A stretch of DNA of 64,000 nucleotides from positions 62,001 to 126,000 of IMG/VR virus record IMGVR_UViG_3300042934_000980. One strand, written 5' to 3'. A model generated the notes under the pieces. That model saw only the letters and a list, made by a program, of their open reading frames with translations. It was not told the origin of the DNA and searched no databases. A program made the position numbers and the translations under genes. This document shows, piece after piece, positions 9,702-18,843 of this stretch (the first letter of the stretch is position 1; each line of letters opens with the position of its first letter).

Positions 9702-11258
9702 TTATGAGTTTACGTGTCGGTTGAGTGTCATGAACTCGTTCTTGATCTCAACTTCGATTTCGGTTGGGAACAGCGCTCCCTTGCCTACACGCAGGTAAAC
9801 CTTGGGGTCATCCAGCACCCCATATTCCAAGTTCGATTGCCAGACTCCGTTGCCCAGCTTATCGAGGAACTCAGTAGCTGCCACAATGGCCTCGTTAAAC
9901 GAACGACCCTCATTGTTCCGCGACTGCACATCACAGATCGACGTGAGGTACTCTTTGTCGTCGTTATTGAGCTTGAGCGCCTCAGACAGACTGCGCATGC
10001 CATTGGGGTTGGGGATTGCACCCAGTACGGTGGGCAAGTACTTAAAGCCCCGCTCGGCGAGCCAGACCTGACCGATCGCAATCGCTGCCATCAACTGGGT
10101 GTAGTTCATGGTCATGTACACCATGGGACTGACGTGCCCGTAGTAGGTCAGTTGCAATACCTTAAGGATATGATCCTCCAGTAAGAAATCCCAGTTCGGC
10201 GGCAACCGGTCGTACACCGCTTCTACCAGTTCAGGCTGCTTGATCCCGAAGGTCTTGCACTGGTGTGTAAAGCGGTTCTTAAACCGGGGGGCGTCTTTCT
10301 CGTCAAAGAGCCCGAAACTGAAGAACTCGGCTTGCTTGACTTCGTTGGCCCGCTTAACAGTTTCGCTGACCTGGTGGCGCTCATAGATCGAACGCTTGTC
10401 CTCGTCATCGCCTTCGGAGAAGTCTTTCTTGACCAGCCGGCTGCCCGCGGTTTCGTGTTGCTTGACCGAGGCGTTAATGGCCGTGGCCAAGTTCTTGCCT
10501 TCTTCAGTCTCTGGGATGACTGCGCAACACAAACGGTTGAAGATGGTGTTGTAGAGCACCTTCTCCACGAAGTACTCGTTGCTGGCCACCGCATCGACTT
10601 GGGCCGGAATGTCGCGCTTACCAAAGGCAAACTTGACATACCCTGCCAGTTTCTGCCAGCCCGGCATGCTGGTGATGCGCGGGTTGTTCTTCAGCAGCTC
10701 ACCGCACACCTGATCGTTGTGGCTGTCGCCCATGGTCATTTCAAACCGGTACAGCAGGCTGAAGATGATCGGGAACACCGAGCGCACCACAAAGGCCAGC
10801 TTGACCATCTCGACATAGTCCATGTCGGTGATCGTGGTTTGCTCTGGGTAGTCGCCCTTGCTGGCTGCCACGCTCAGGTCGCTTGGGATTTGCAGGTGAC
10901 GGCTGTAGTGAATGAAGCTGCAATACTTATCGATGTTGATAAAGTCCAGCAGGTCATTGACAATCGGCGTCAACTGTGCAATCTCGGTACGGTAGTCCAG
11001 AAACTTACCGTTTTCCACGATGGCGTAGGCTTTCTCGTAAAGCTTGAACAGCTCGGTCTTTTTCTCGGTGCTGAAGGTGGCCTCGACGTATTCGTTCAGG
11101 CAGTCAAACAGGTTCGACTCCTTCTCGTCTTTGTCCTTAAGCACCTTCTCCAACCGGATACTGGCTTTGCCATTGAACCGCAGCATGCGATCGTTGAGGG
11201 TAACGATGATGCCGTCAATGGTCTTTTTCGAACTCCTGCGGATCTCGATGTTAAACAT
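9702..11258 (-). CDS. Non-virion RNAP promoter-specificity subunit (phiKZ gp68-like)
   Basis: 518 aa helical protein, DEDKRSIYE-type segment, synteny. Confidence 0.7.
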   Translation of the reverse strand: MFNIEIRRSSKKTIDGIIVTLNDRMLRFNGKASIRLEKVLKDKDEKESNLFDCLNEYVEATFSTEKKTELFKLYEKAYAIVENGKFLDYRTEIAQLTPIVNDLLDFINIDKYCSFIHYSRHLQIPSDLSVAASKGDYPEQTTITDMDYVEMVKLAFVVRSVFPIIFSLLYRFEMTMGDSHNDQVCGELLKNNPRITSMPGWQKLAGYVKFAFGKRDIPAQVDAVASNEYFVEKVLYNTIFNRLCCAVIPETEEGKNLATAINASVKQHETAGSRLVKKDFSEGDDEDKRSIYERHQVSETVKRANEVKQAEFFSFGLFDEKDAPRFKNRFTHQCKTFGIKQPELVEAVYDRLPPNWDFLLEDHILKVLQLTYYGHVSPMVYMTMNYTQLMAAIAIGQVWLAERGFKYLPTVLGAIPNPNGMRSLSEALKLNNDDKEYLTSICDVQSRNNEGRSFNEAIVAATEFLDKLGNGVWQSNLEYGVLDDPKVYLRVGKGALFPTEIEVEIKNEFMTLNRHVNS

Positions 11259-11300
11259 TACACATACTCCAAATCGAAGATCGTGGTGTGACTCGGTTAA

Positions 11301-11319
11301 ATAATGTAGGTCTGAAAAA
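11301..11319 (-). promoter_or_regulatory. Early promoter
   Basis: Minus strand TTTTTCAGACCTACATTAT. Confidence 0.7.
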
Positions 11320-11405
11320 CTTTAAGCCGGCCATATCCTTTACTTTCGAATGCAGAGGTCTCCCCCTGCATCCGTCAATTGGAAGTTAGCTTTTATCGTT
11401 CCTCA

Positions 11406-12257
11406 TTAATCTTGCCATGATTCGGGTACCCGTTGGTCAGCAGATTTGAGCATGTTCAGGTGCGGCTTTAAGAACTCAGGCGGGTTGCGTGGATACACCG
11501 ACGCCTCGCCTGCTCCGAAGTACCGCGCCCGGAAAGGTGCCTTCCAAGGTTTCAAGGTTGTGGCCTGGTGGATGTACGCAGGGTCCAACCCCAGCTCAAT
11601 CATGGCTTGGTTGCCCAGCAGTACAAACTGATGGTACTCAGTGGCCGGTTCCTTGGGGTCTTGGACGCTGATCAACACCGCCCGGCGCCCGCCTTGCACC
11701 GGCTCTGCCCCGTTGGGGTCCTTGGAGTTATACACTTCCAGCACCTCGGCAGGGGGAAGCACCCACTCAAGGTTCAGCGAACTGTTGTCGTGCAGCACAC
11801 CGTTAATGTGACGAACTGCCATAGCCCCATAGCTATAATGTGCCAGTTCTTTTTCTTTTCTGACAAAGTTCTGTGCCACGGCGCGCGACAGAAACATCCA
11901 TTCCCGGTCGAACGGGTAATAGACTTCCCCATTGTCTGCAGTGTTCAAGATCAACAGGGTATCTTTGTCTAGGCTGTACAGCCGGCCTTTATTGGACAGC
12001 ATCACCGACATCAACTCGGTCAAACCAATCCAGGAATACGAGGGGTTGCGGATCCAGAATTCAAAGGAGGGGTCTTCTTTGGCTTTCTTGGCAATTTCTT
12101 CGTGCAAGATGCTGGCATGGGTTTCCCACGAGAAGTCATCCCACTGCAGCAGCAGGCTCATCGGGACAATGTCTTCTATGGTGTTATGGTCTTTCTTGAA
12201 CCGCTCGTAGTTCTGATTCCACTTGGCGATTTCGCGCAGCGTTTCATTCTGTTCCAT
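11406..12257 (-). CDS. Free-standing NUMOD4/HNH endonuclease-like protein, possibly degenerate
   Basis: LSNKGRLYS (NUMOD4-like) and VRHINGVLHDNSSLNLEWV (HNH_3-like). Confidence 0.7.
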   Translation of the reverse strand: MEQNETLREIAKWNQNYERFKKDHNTIEDIVPMSLLLQWDDFSWETHASILHEEIAKKAKEDPSFEFWIRNPSYSWIGLTELMSVMLSNKGRLYSLDKDTLLILNTADNGEVYYPFDREWMFLSRAVAQNFVRKEKELAHYSYGAMAVRHINGVLHDNSSLNLEWVLPPAEVLEVYNSKDPNGAEPVQGGRRAVLISVQDPKEPATEYHQFVLLGNQAMIELGLDPAYIHQATTLKPWKAPFRARYFGAGEASVYPRNPPEFLKPHLNMLKSADQRVPESWQD

Positions 12258-12285
12258 GATAATCTCCTAAAACGGACTATAAGGT

Positions 12286-12318
12286 TATACCTGCAGAGGC
12301 GACGCCTCTGCAGGTATA
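12286..12318 (-). terminator. Terminator hairpin after chmC
   Basis: TATACCTGCAGAGGC-GAC-GCCTCTGCAGGTATA 15-bp perfect stem. Confidence 0.7.
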
Positions 12319-12354
12319 TTCAGGACTGCTTAGAAGTCGATAATGACTTGATTT

Positions 12355-13074
12355 CTAGAAGTCTATATCGTCATCGTAGGAGTTGTCCGGCTCGAAGCTG
12401 TTGCTCGAACCACCACCGCTGCCACGGTTAGAACCGCCGCCACCGCTGCCGCCTTGACCGTCTTTAGGCTTCGGCGGCTCCCAGCCGTCGTTGTCCATGC
12501 GGTCGAGCAGAGGACGGTGGAAGTGGACCCAGGCGCGGACGTGCCAACGGCTCATCACGCCTTCGTCGACCACACGCTCACCGGCTTCGTTCTTCATGTA
12601 GATCTTGGAGTCTTTTGGACCGTGGAACTTGAACTGCACCTTGTAGTCGCCCTTGCTGTAGCCCAGGGTGATGACACCATTGGCAGCGCGGGTGATGGTG
12701 AGGTTGGCTTGCAGCACAGGCTGGTCGGACATACGACCGCTGCCGCCGGCGAACACGAACTGCTTCCACTGTACCGCGAACTGCTTAACGCCGAAGTTCT
12801 CGTTGGTGGTGGCTTCCAGCAAAGCTTCGAACAGAATACCGCGGTGCTGGTAGTCCATTTCGATTTCTTTGTGGTTGTTCTTGGCACCTTCTTTGTAGAT
12901 GCCGTCGTTGACCTTGAGCATGATCTTGCCGTTGTTGGCTTGATCCCACATCAGCTGGGCCGGGTACTTGGCGCCGTCAACCGGTTCGATCGACTGCGGG
13001 TGCGGCTGACGGTAGTCGGTCAGCAGGGTTTTCTTTCGAGGGGTGAACGCTGGACGTCCGTTGTTCTGTTGCAT
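12355..13074 (-). CDS. chmC: Shell-associated single-stranded nucleic acid-binding protein ChmC/Imp6 (phiKZ gp67-like)
   Basis: Beta-rich core, G/S linker and acidic SSB-like tail SYDDDIDF; start MQQNNG with SD AAGGTGG; synteny. Confidence 0.65.
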   Translation of the reverse strand: MQQNNGRPAFTPRKKTLLTDYRQPHPQSIEPVDGAKYPAQLMWDQANNGKIMLKVNDGIYKEGAKNNHKEIEMDYQHRGILFEALLEATTNENFGVKQFAVQWKQFVFAGGSGRMSDQPVLQANLTITRAANGVITLGYSKGDYKVQFKFHGPKDSKIYMKNEAGERVVDEGVMSRWHVRAWVHFHRPLLDRMDNDGWEPPKPKDGQGGSGGGGSNRGSGGGSSNSFEPDNSYDDDIDF

Positions 13075-13136
13075 GATCAATCCACCTTTGGAGGAATCTG
13101 AAATTTGTGTGTATAGCAATAGGGGGTTATGTGGGA

Positions 13137-13925
13137 TTAAAGCATCAGCAGTAAGCCGGCTTTGTCCACACTTTGTGGTAGACCGTTGATCGTACTCCTT
13201 ATACGACTTAAGGTCGTCGCTGAAGTCCATTTGTGGTCTTGGGCGAGTTTCTTCACCAGCTCGCGGATGCCCATCGAGGACGTCTTAAAGTTGGTGGAAC
13301 GATCGCCAAAGACTTGGATTGTCAGGCGGTTGAACGGCATGTAATGCAATTCACTTCCGCCTGTCAGTTTTGTGTACCACAACGTAAAAGGCTTTAATAA
13401 CCCCGTATGGGACTCCAAAAGGAAAAGCCTTCCGACACCTTTAACAAAGGTTAGATCGACGACGTGGTGCGTCAATACAATCCCCCGGCCTACGTACTCG
13501 GGGATCCCCATGCGTTCTGTGATGATCAACTTGCCGTACTGGGTCTTAAGCTTTTTGATCACCTGCGCGGCCAACTTGGCGTACGCCTTTTGCTTGTCGC
13601 TCGTAGGCTCCCACAATGCCGCCTTGGGGTAGTCCCGAGCAAGGGTATCGTAATCAGGGCAGTAGACTTTCATCTGCACAGGTTTACGGCCCCGGGCCTT
13701 GTCAATCCAATCACCCAGCATCCGCAGATCGGACGACACATCCTCGGCCACCCGGTCTGCATCAAACGCTTCCTTGTCCGTTTTCTCATAAGCCTCATGA
13801 GCGTTACGGACCAAGGTGTGCAGGTTAAACAGCACCGCATCGGCCGAGGGGATATCTGCAGCCCCTTGGCCTTCAAACGCTAAGGATGTCCCTACCGACA
13901 TCCCCAATGCACCGGTAGACCTCAT
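13137..13925 (-). CDS. Conserved protein (phiKZ gp66-like, PIN/5'-nuclease-like fold suspected)
   Basis: LFNLHTLVRN, LTHHVVDL, LLESHTG and QVFGD motifs; coupled to the SbcD-like gene. Confidence 0.6.
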   Translation of the reverse strand: MRSTGALGMSVGTSLAFEGQGAADIPSADAVLFNLHTLVRNAHEAYEKTDKEAFDADRVAEDVSSDLRMLGDWIDKARGRKPVQMKVYCPDYDTLARDYPKAALWEPTSDKQKAYAKLAAQVIKKLKTQYGKLIITERMGIPEYVGRGIVLTHHVVDLTFVKGVGRLFLLESHTGLLKPFTLWYTKLTGGSELHYMPFNRLTIQVFGDRSTNFKTSSMGIRELVKKLAQDHKWTSATTLSRIRSTINGLPQSVDKAGLLLML

Positions 13926-15037
13926 AGGAACTCCTTCAAGACGTCAAGCATCTCCGCTTCAGAGATGCCGTGCTTTTGCAGCTTGTCGTTGATCTCAGGC
14001 AGTAACGAGGCAACGATATTTTTCTCGTTGATCGTCACCCCTTCGTAGACTTTGCCGTCAAATAACTCATCGTCCACTTCCACTTCTTTGCTAACTTCAT
14101 TGTCAGCTTTAAAATGAAGATGGGGATAATCGTGGGCCATCACCGAGATCACCGGGTTGACGATCTCAGACTTACCGCCCTTAACCCTGACGTGGGCGTT
14201 ACGGGGTAACTTGCGCGCCTTAATAAAGGCATGCAGGTCAATCACTAGCTGTTCGGGGGTGATGGCAGGATCCACCATCATGGTGACGTAAGGCAGGGCG
14301 TTCTTGTTCTCCCAGAAGGTTAACTCAAACTTATCCGCCTTTTTGTCCACGTCCACCAGGTAGCCGCCTTTGGGGTGTTCTTCCCCATGTCCGCCACGGT
14401 CAAACGAGCCGGATGTTGCCAGCTTGCCTTTGCGCACCGGGGTGTGGATGTGCCCGGCCAAGATGAAGTATTTAACGATGGTTTCCCAACGTTCCAGCAG
14501 ATGCGCCTTGTGACGGGCCTGAGCGACCAGCTGGAAGTCAAACGCACCGTGAAAGGCGATCATGTCAACCTTGTTCAGACCGCTCTCGTGCAGCACGCTG
14601 AGGGCCTTCTCCCAGATCTCGTCTGGGGTCATAGTCCCCATGTTGTCCGGCACAAACATGATCGACAGGTTGTCAAACTGCGGGAAGACTTCAATGCACA
14701 GCGTGTCGATGTAGCGGAAGTCCAACCCTTCAGGAGCATTGAACTTCAGGTGAGCCGGCTGACGCATGTCGTGGGACGATGTACCTTCCAAAAAGATCAC
14801 AATGGTGTTGTGCTTCTTGAATTTAAGAAAAGCGGACGTAGCCCACTCCTCCACACGGTACATGTCAGGATTGGGCCGTTCCACCATTCGTTCGAAGAAG
14901 TCACCACCAAAAAGCGCAATGTCCACCTTAGCTGGATCGTGGTCCTTAAACAAAAAGGTATCCAGGTTACCCAGTACATGGGCGGTGGGGGTGTTAGCAT
15001 GCAGCGTGTGGTGATCTGAACTCCAGAGCATCCGCAT
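13922..15037 (-). CDS. SbcD/Mre11-like metallophosphoesterase nuclease (phiKZ gp65-like)
   Basis: SDHH, GGDFFE, EGTSSHD, FHG and GHIH calcineurin-like motifs. Confidence 0.85.
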   Translation of the reverse strand: MRMLWSSDHHTLHANTPTAHVLGNLDTFLFKDHDPAKVDIALFGGDFFERMVERPNPDMYRVEEWATSAFLKFKKHNTIVIFLEGTSSHDMRQPAHLKFNAPEGLDFRYIDTLCIEVFPQFDNLSIMFVPDNMGTMTPDEIWEKALSVLHESGLNKVDMIAFHGAFDFQLVAQARHKAHLLERWETIVKYFILAGHIHTPVRKGKLATSGSFDRGGHGEEHPKGGYLVDVDKKADKFELTFWENKNALPYVTMMVDPAITPEQLVIDLHAFIKARKLPRNAHVRVKGGKSEIVNPVISVMAHDYPHLHFKADNEVSKEVEVDDELFDGKVYEGVTINEKNIVASLLPEINDKLQKHGISEAEMLDVLKEFL

Positions 15038-15051
15038 AGTGGAACTACCTC

Positions 15052-15204
15052 TTACGCTTTCTTAAATACCCCAACGAACACCAGCGTATTAGACGCACGA
15101 AGGCGCTTAAACAAACGGCGTACAGCAAAGAGTTGCTTGGCGCTGGGTAACTCTTTAAAGGTGTACACGAGTCGCCCAACAAACACCAACGGATTGCTAC
15201 GCAT
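15052..15204 (-). CDS. 50-aa cationic peptide (not in the ORF track)
   Basis: MRSNPLVFVGRLVYTFKELPSAKQLFAVRRLFKRLRASNTLVFVGVFKKA; SD AAGGAG; fills the gap between its neighbours. Confidence 0.65.
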   Translation of the reverse strand: MRSNPLVFVGRLVYTFKELPSAKQLFAVRRLFKRLRASNTLVFVGVFKKA

Positions 15205-15213
15205 GATGACTCC

Positions 15214-15969
15214 TTAGCATTCCAGCGGGTTGGACGGAGGTTCGACGTCGCTGGTCTGATCGAGTGCCTGCTGCGAGACCTTGTCTTCGATAATGAACTG
15301 ACCCTTGCTCAGGGTTTCGAGGAACCGGTACTCTTCAGGCGTGACCTTCTGACGTTTGTGATCACGGTACAGGATATCACGCGAACGGTTGATGTCTTTG
15401 ATGTCCGCCGTGTTCTGGTTGATCTCGTCCTTGATGTAGTAGACCTTCTTCTCAACTTCCGGGATGATCCCGTGCCTTTCGAAGAACTCGGGCGAGACCA
15501 GGTCGGTGATGGTCAGACGCTTGGCTTCTAGGTGTTCCTTAACCGCGGTCGCAGCGCCCATCGAGGCGTTCGGATCCTTGCTACGCTGCGTGTCAGCTTG
15601 GATCTGCTGGATATGTCGGCTGACGTTGCGCAGCAGGTCGAAATCGCGCGGGGTGAGGTTGTGGGAGATCAGCGGGCGTACCAGCAGCACTGGCTCGTCA
15701 TCGTCGTTCACCACCATGACCGCTTGGGTGCCGCGGTTGCTGATGGTCAGCCACTTGGGGATGTTGAAGTAGTTGGTACCCAGGTCGTTGCCCAAGGCAA
15801 AGGGCATCATCCAGTTTTTGACGAAGTCCGATTCACGCAGCACGGTGGCCACGTTAAAGGGCAAGTTGTTGTTGCCCAGCATAAGCTTACCATCGACGGT
15901 GTGGATGGTAATGTCGTCCAGGAATTTGAAGTCTTCGGTAATGATCGCCTGACGTTCTTCTTTCTTCAT
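15214..15969 (-). CDS. Conserved hypothetical protein (phiKZ gp62-like)
   Basis: 251 aa, normal codon bias, synteny. Confidence 0.6.
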   Translation of the reverse strand: MKKEERQAIITEDFKFLDDITIHTVDGKLMLGNNNLPFNVATVLRESDFVKNWMMPFALGNDLGTNYFNIPKWLTISNRGTQAVMVVNDDDEPVLLVRPLISHNLTPRDFDLLRNVSRHIQQIQADTQRSKDPNASMGAATAVKEHLEAKRLTITDLVSPEFFERHGIIPEVEKKVYYIKDEINQNTADIKDINRSRDILYRDHKRQKVTPEEYRFLETLSKGQFIIEDKVSQQALDQTSDVEPPSNPLEC

Positions 15970-16370
15970 CGCAGCCTCTGCGCATCCAGCAGTTTATATT
16001 CTTCGCCTGTTACCAGAACAGAACGAGCAAGGTCATACGCCACGTTATCACTGACGATACGTGCGGCGATTATGAGTGTGTATTGATTGGTCTTCCCAGT
16101 AAGATTTTCTCGGGTGACAGTAACAGAACAGACCGGAAAGAGCTCTTTAATATACTGCTCCAGTTCCATATTGCATTTTTCGAGCAGGGTTTCTGGTTTG
16201 CCACCGTACTGTTTGATCAGGTAATAAAAGCTTGGGACATTGCCCATTACCTTGCCCTGGTTTCTACGGCTTTGAAACCAGTAGGTGATATGCTTGGCCA
16301 GTGCATCGGGTGGGGATTGTGTTTCCCAGCCGCTGGCAGTGGTCATTGTGCCGACAATAAAAGAAGCCAT
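15966..16370 (-). CDS. Conserved hypothetical protein (phiKZ gp61-like)
   Basis: 134 aa; VGTMTTASGW N-terminus; SD GGAGG. Confidence 0.6.
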   Translation of the reverse strand: MASFIVGTMTTASGWETQSPPDALAKHITYWFQSRRNQGKVMGNVPSFYYLIKQYGGKPETLLEKCNMELEQYIKELFPVCSVTVTRENLTGKTNQYTLIIAARIVSDNVAYDLARSVLVTGEEYKLLDAQRLR

Positions 16371-16431
16371 GGTAATCCTCCGAAACCTTCAATAACCTTC
16401 GTAGGATGCCCTAACGCTGACAAAAATAAAA

Positions 16432-16464
16432 ACCAAACAGGAAGGGATTACCCTCCTGTCTGGT
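16432..16464 (-). terminator. Terminator hairpin followed by a U-tract
   Basis: ACCAAACAGGAAGGG-ATTA-CCCTCCTGTCTGGT, then minus-strand TTTTTATTTTT. Confidence 0.65.
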
Positions 16465-16472
16465 CTATAGGC

Positions 16473-17114
16473 TTATTCCGCCTCAGGATCGTCCTGGTGC
16501 GATTTTCGCTTATTACCCTCCTCACTGGTCAGGTCAAAGAGAGTCGACGCCATGTGGTGCGTAATAGCCGCGTGGGTCTTGTGGCTGTCCACCTTCTCCC
16601 GGAAGCTATACTTGCCGCCAATGGTGTCTCTGAAGTGAGTATGACGCAATTGGTTTACGCCATCCACTTGCTCCAGGTTCAACGCCCCGTCCCACATCTT
16701 GCGATAGAACAGGTTGTCTTGCCCGACACCTGTACACCAAGCACTGAACTCGCCGCCGTAGCCGCTGATTTCACCGTCCAGGTACAGTTGCTGCAACACA
16801 GGGTGCGCCATGATCACATCACGCATAAAGCCCTGTGCATTTTGAAGCGCTTCGATGCTGCCCAGATAACCGACCTCGTACCGCGGCACAAAGTCACCAT
16901 CGGAGTTGCCCAGCAAGCGTCGACCCATTTCCCACGCTCGGGAATTGAGGAACTTGTCGAACGTTTGCAGCGTCTTATTGGCCTGATCCGACAGCCAACC
17001 ACCCAGACCTTGCAGCGCGGCTGCGCTTTGGTTGATGTAGTCGCCATACCGGCTCATTTGATCTTCGGTATAACTCCCCGAGATCGCATAGCTAAACGCA
17101 TTCGCGCTTTTCAT
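16473..17114 (-). CDS. Conserved protein, phiKZ gp59/Imp3-like
   Basis: IMAHPVLQQLYLDGEISGYG segment; directly follows the gp55-like gene. Confidence 0.55.
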   Translation of the reverse strand: MKSANAFSYAISGSYTEDQMSRYGDYINQSAAALQGLGGWLSDQANKTLQTFDKFLNSRAWEMGRRLLGNSDGDFVPRYEVGYLGSIEALQNAQGFMRDVIMAHPVLQQLYLDGEISGYGGEFSAWCTGVGQDNLFYRKMWDGALNLEQVDGVNQLRHTHFRDTIGGKYSFREKVDSHKTHAAITHHMASTLFDLTSEEGNKRKSHQDDPEAE

Positions 17115-18751
17115 GGTTGCTCCATAAGCTCTACTTGGGCCATCAGCGTGTTCAGGTTCATCAAGTTAGTAGCCGCCTGACCTGCATAGTCACCCACCCG
17201 GAACGGGATGTTCTTGTCGAGTGTTTGGTGATGACCGAAACCACCGTACGCTTTGGCTTTGGACTCGTTGTCGAAGATGAGGACGATGTACATCTGATCG
17301 CCATCAAAGTCGGCATTCAACTGTTTAACCGCAGTGATCGGGATCTTGATACTTTCATCGGTCAGGTCACGGTTGACCGACAAGAAGAAGGCCCGAAGAC
17401 TCAAGTACTCGATCGACGGATTTCGACCCGTCTCTACAATGCACTTGTAGTTATCTTCCATGTCCTTGATGATTGCATCGATCTCAGGGACGACTTCAAA
17501 CGCTGCCCGGTTGATCAATGCCGCCGTTTGCCATGGACTGAACCCCTGACGGTACAGCTGCCCCGTGATGTGGTAGTCCAGCATGGTGATGACCATCTTC
17601 CACGGCACGATCAGCTTGTCGCTGTCAATGATCCCCGTCTGACTGGTGATCACCGAACGCCCGGTCCAGGGGATGGAGCCCGAACAGATGTGCTTGCGGG
17701 AGATGCCTTGCTTGTTGAACAGGGCTTTGGGGTTGTTGGTCTGCTTGTACTGATCCGACAACTGCACCAAGGTCTTGCCGACGATCTCAACGTTCTTGCG
17801 CTGTTCCTTATCCGTCAGCTTGTGACAGGTGTTGCTCTTTAAGGTGTCAGCGATGGCGTAATAGAGCTGCGCGGTTTCCGGGTGGTGCGAATACGCATAC
17901 ACGTCTTTACCGGTGCGCTCAAACACCGTGCAATACCGCTTAGGCACTTTGAGGTAATTGCAGAACGCCAAGTGCTTGTACTTCTTGTAGAACGCAAGAA
18001 ACCGATGCCCCTCCTGCGGCTGTTTGCTGTAGCGTTTACCCGGGCCTACGAGGATCCACTGCATGATGTCATCGCAGCGGTCGTAGAACACGTTCAGGTT
18101 GGGATCCTGGATACCCAATGCTTCAAGCATCTGGTACAAGATGATCATGGTGCCGTTTTTCATTTTCTTTTGTGCGGCGCGGTAAACAGGGTCAATGAAG
18201 AACCGCGGGACCGACACTTTGGGGCTGGGGTTACCGATGCTGATGTTGTTAAAGAAAGTGGTAAAGAACCCGATGTTGACAAACGCTTTCACACCCTCTG
18301 GGCATCGCAGCCACATGTTGGTGTCTTCACCCTTGTCCAGAAACTGCTGGGCTTCATCGCCACAGCGCGAACAGACGCGGCCGCTGTTGAGCAGGTAGTT
18401 ACCTTGCAAACCACCGGTCCCAGGCGGACAGCTGCACCGGGCAATGGTGTCAAAGGTGTTGTTCTCAAAGTCCAACCGGGTCATGCGTTCGATAGCTTCT
18501 CGATCGTCTTCCAGGTTGAAGTCGTAGTCGTTCAGGTACACATGCGTCAACCGGCTGGTATCGTGCAGGTAATTGAAGTCCTCGAAATCTGGGTACAACG
18601 GTTCGGAAAACTTGGGATCATCAAACAGTATCCCGCCGAAGTTTTTCGCATAGCTGTGAAAGTGCGTAATGGGGTCGAGCTCTGCAGGCTTGGCGGTTGT
18701 GAGTGCTTGAATGGCCCTTTCGTTGGAAGGAGTTAGTTCAGGGAATTTCAT
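17111..18751 (-). CDS. Non-virion RNA polymerase beta' N-terminal catalytic subunit (phiKZ gp55/56.1-like)
   Basis: Catalytic NADFDGD, GRSVIT, RNPS and a Zn finger CSC...CSRC. Confidence 0.92.
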   Translation of the reverse strand: MKFPELTPSNERAIQALTTAKPAELDPITHFHSYAKNFGGILFDDPKFSEPLYPDFEDFNYLHDTSRLTHVYLNDYDFNLEDDREAIERMTRLDFENNTFDTIARCSCPPGTGGLQGNYLLNSGRVCSRCGDEAQQFLDKGEDTNMWLRCPEGVKAFVNIGFFTTFFNNISIGNPSPKVSVPRFFIDPVYRAAQKKMKNGTMIILYQMLEALGIQDPNLNVFYDRCDDIMQWILVGPGKRYSKQPQEGHRFLAFYKKYKHLAFCNYLKVPKRYCTVFERTGKDVYAYSHHPETAQLYYAIADTLKSNTCHKLTDKEQRKNVEIVGKTLVQLSDQYKQTNNPKALFNKQGISRKHICSGSIPWTGRSVITSQTGIIDSDKLIVPWKMVITMLDYHITGQLYRQGFSPWQTAALINRAAFEVVPEIDAIIKDMEDNYKCIVETGRNPSIEYLSLRAFFLSVNRDLTDESIKIPITAVKQLNADFDGDQMYIVLIFDNESKAKAYGGFGHHQTLDKNIPFRVGDYAGQAATNLMNLNTLMAQVELMEQP

Positions 18752-18788
18752 ACGGCTAATAACTCCAAAAATAAAACGGTAAAGAAAA

Positions 18789-18816
18789 GGTTAGGAAAGC
18801 CGAAGCCTTCCTAACC
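18789..18816 (-). terminator. Terminator after chmA
   Basis: 12-bp stem with a UUCG loop on the minus strand, then UUUUCUUU. Confidence 0.75.
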
Positions 18817-18843
18817 CCCTCATTTAACTAACCGCAGTCGGCC

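Noticed and set aside
13075-13230. Upstream extensions in the ORF track (chmC 13230, chmA 20922, terL 37653, 54205, 44086)
   Set aside because: Downstream ATGs have clear SDs, and the extensions overlap other genes or leader regions
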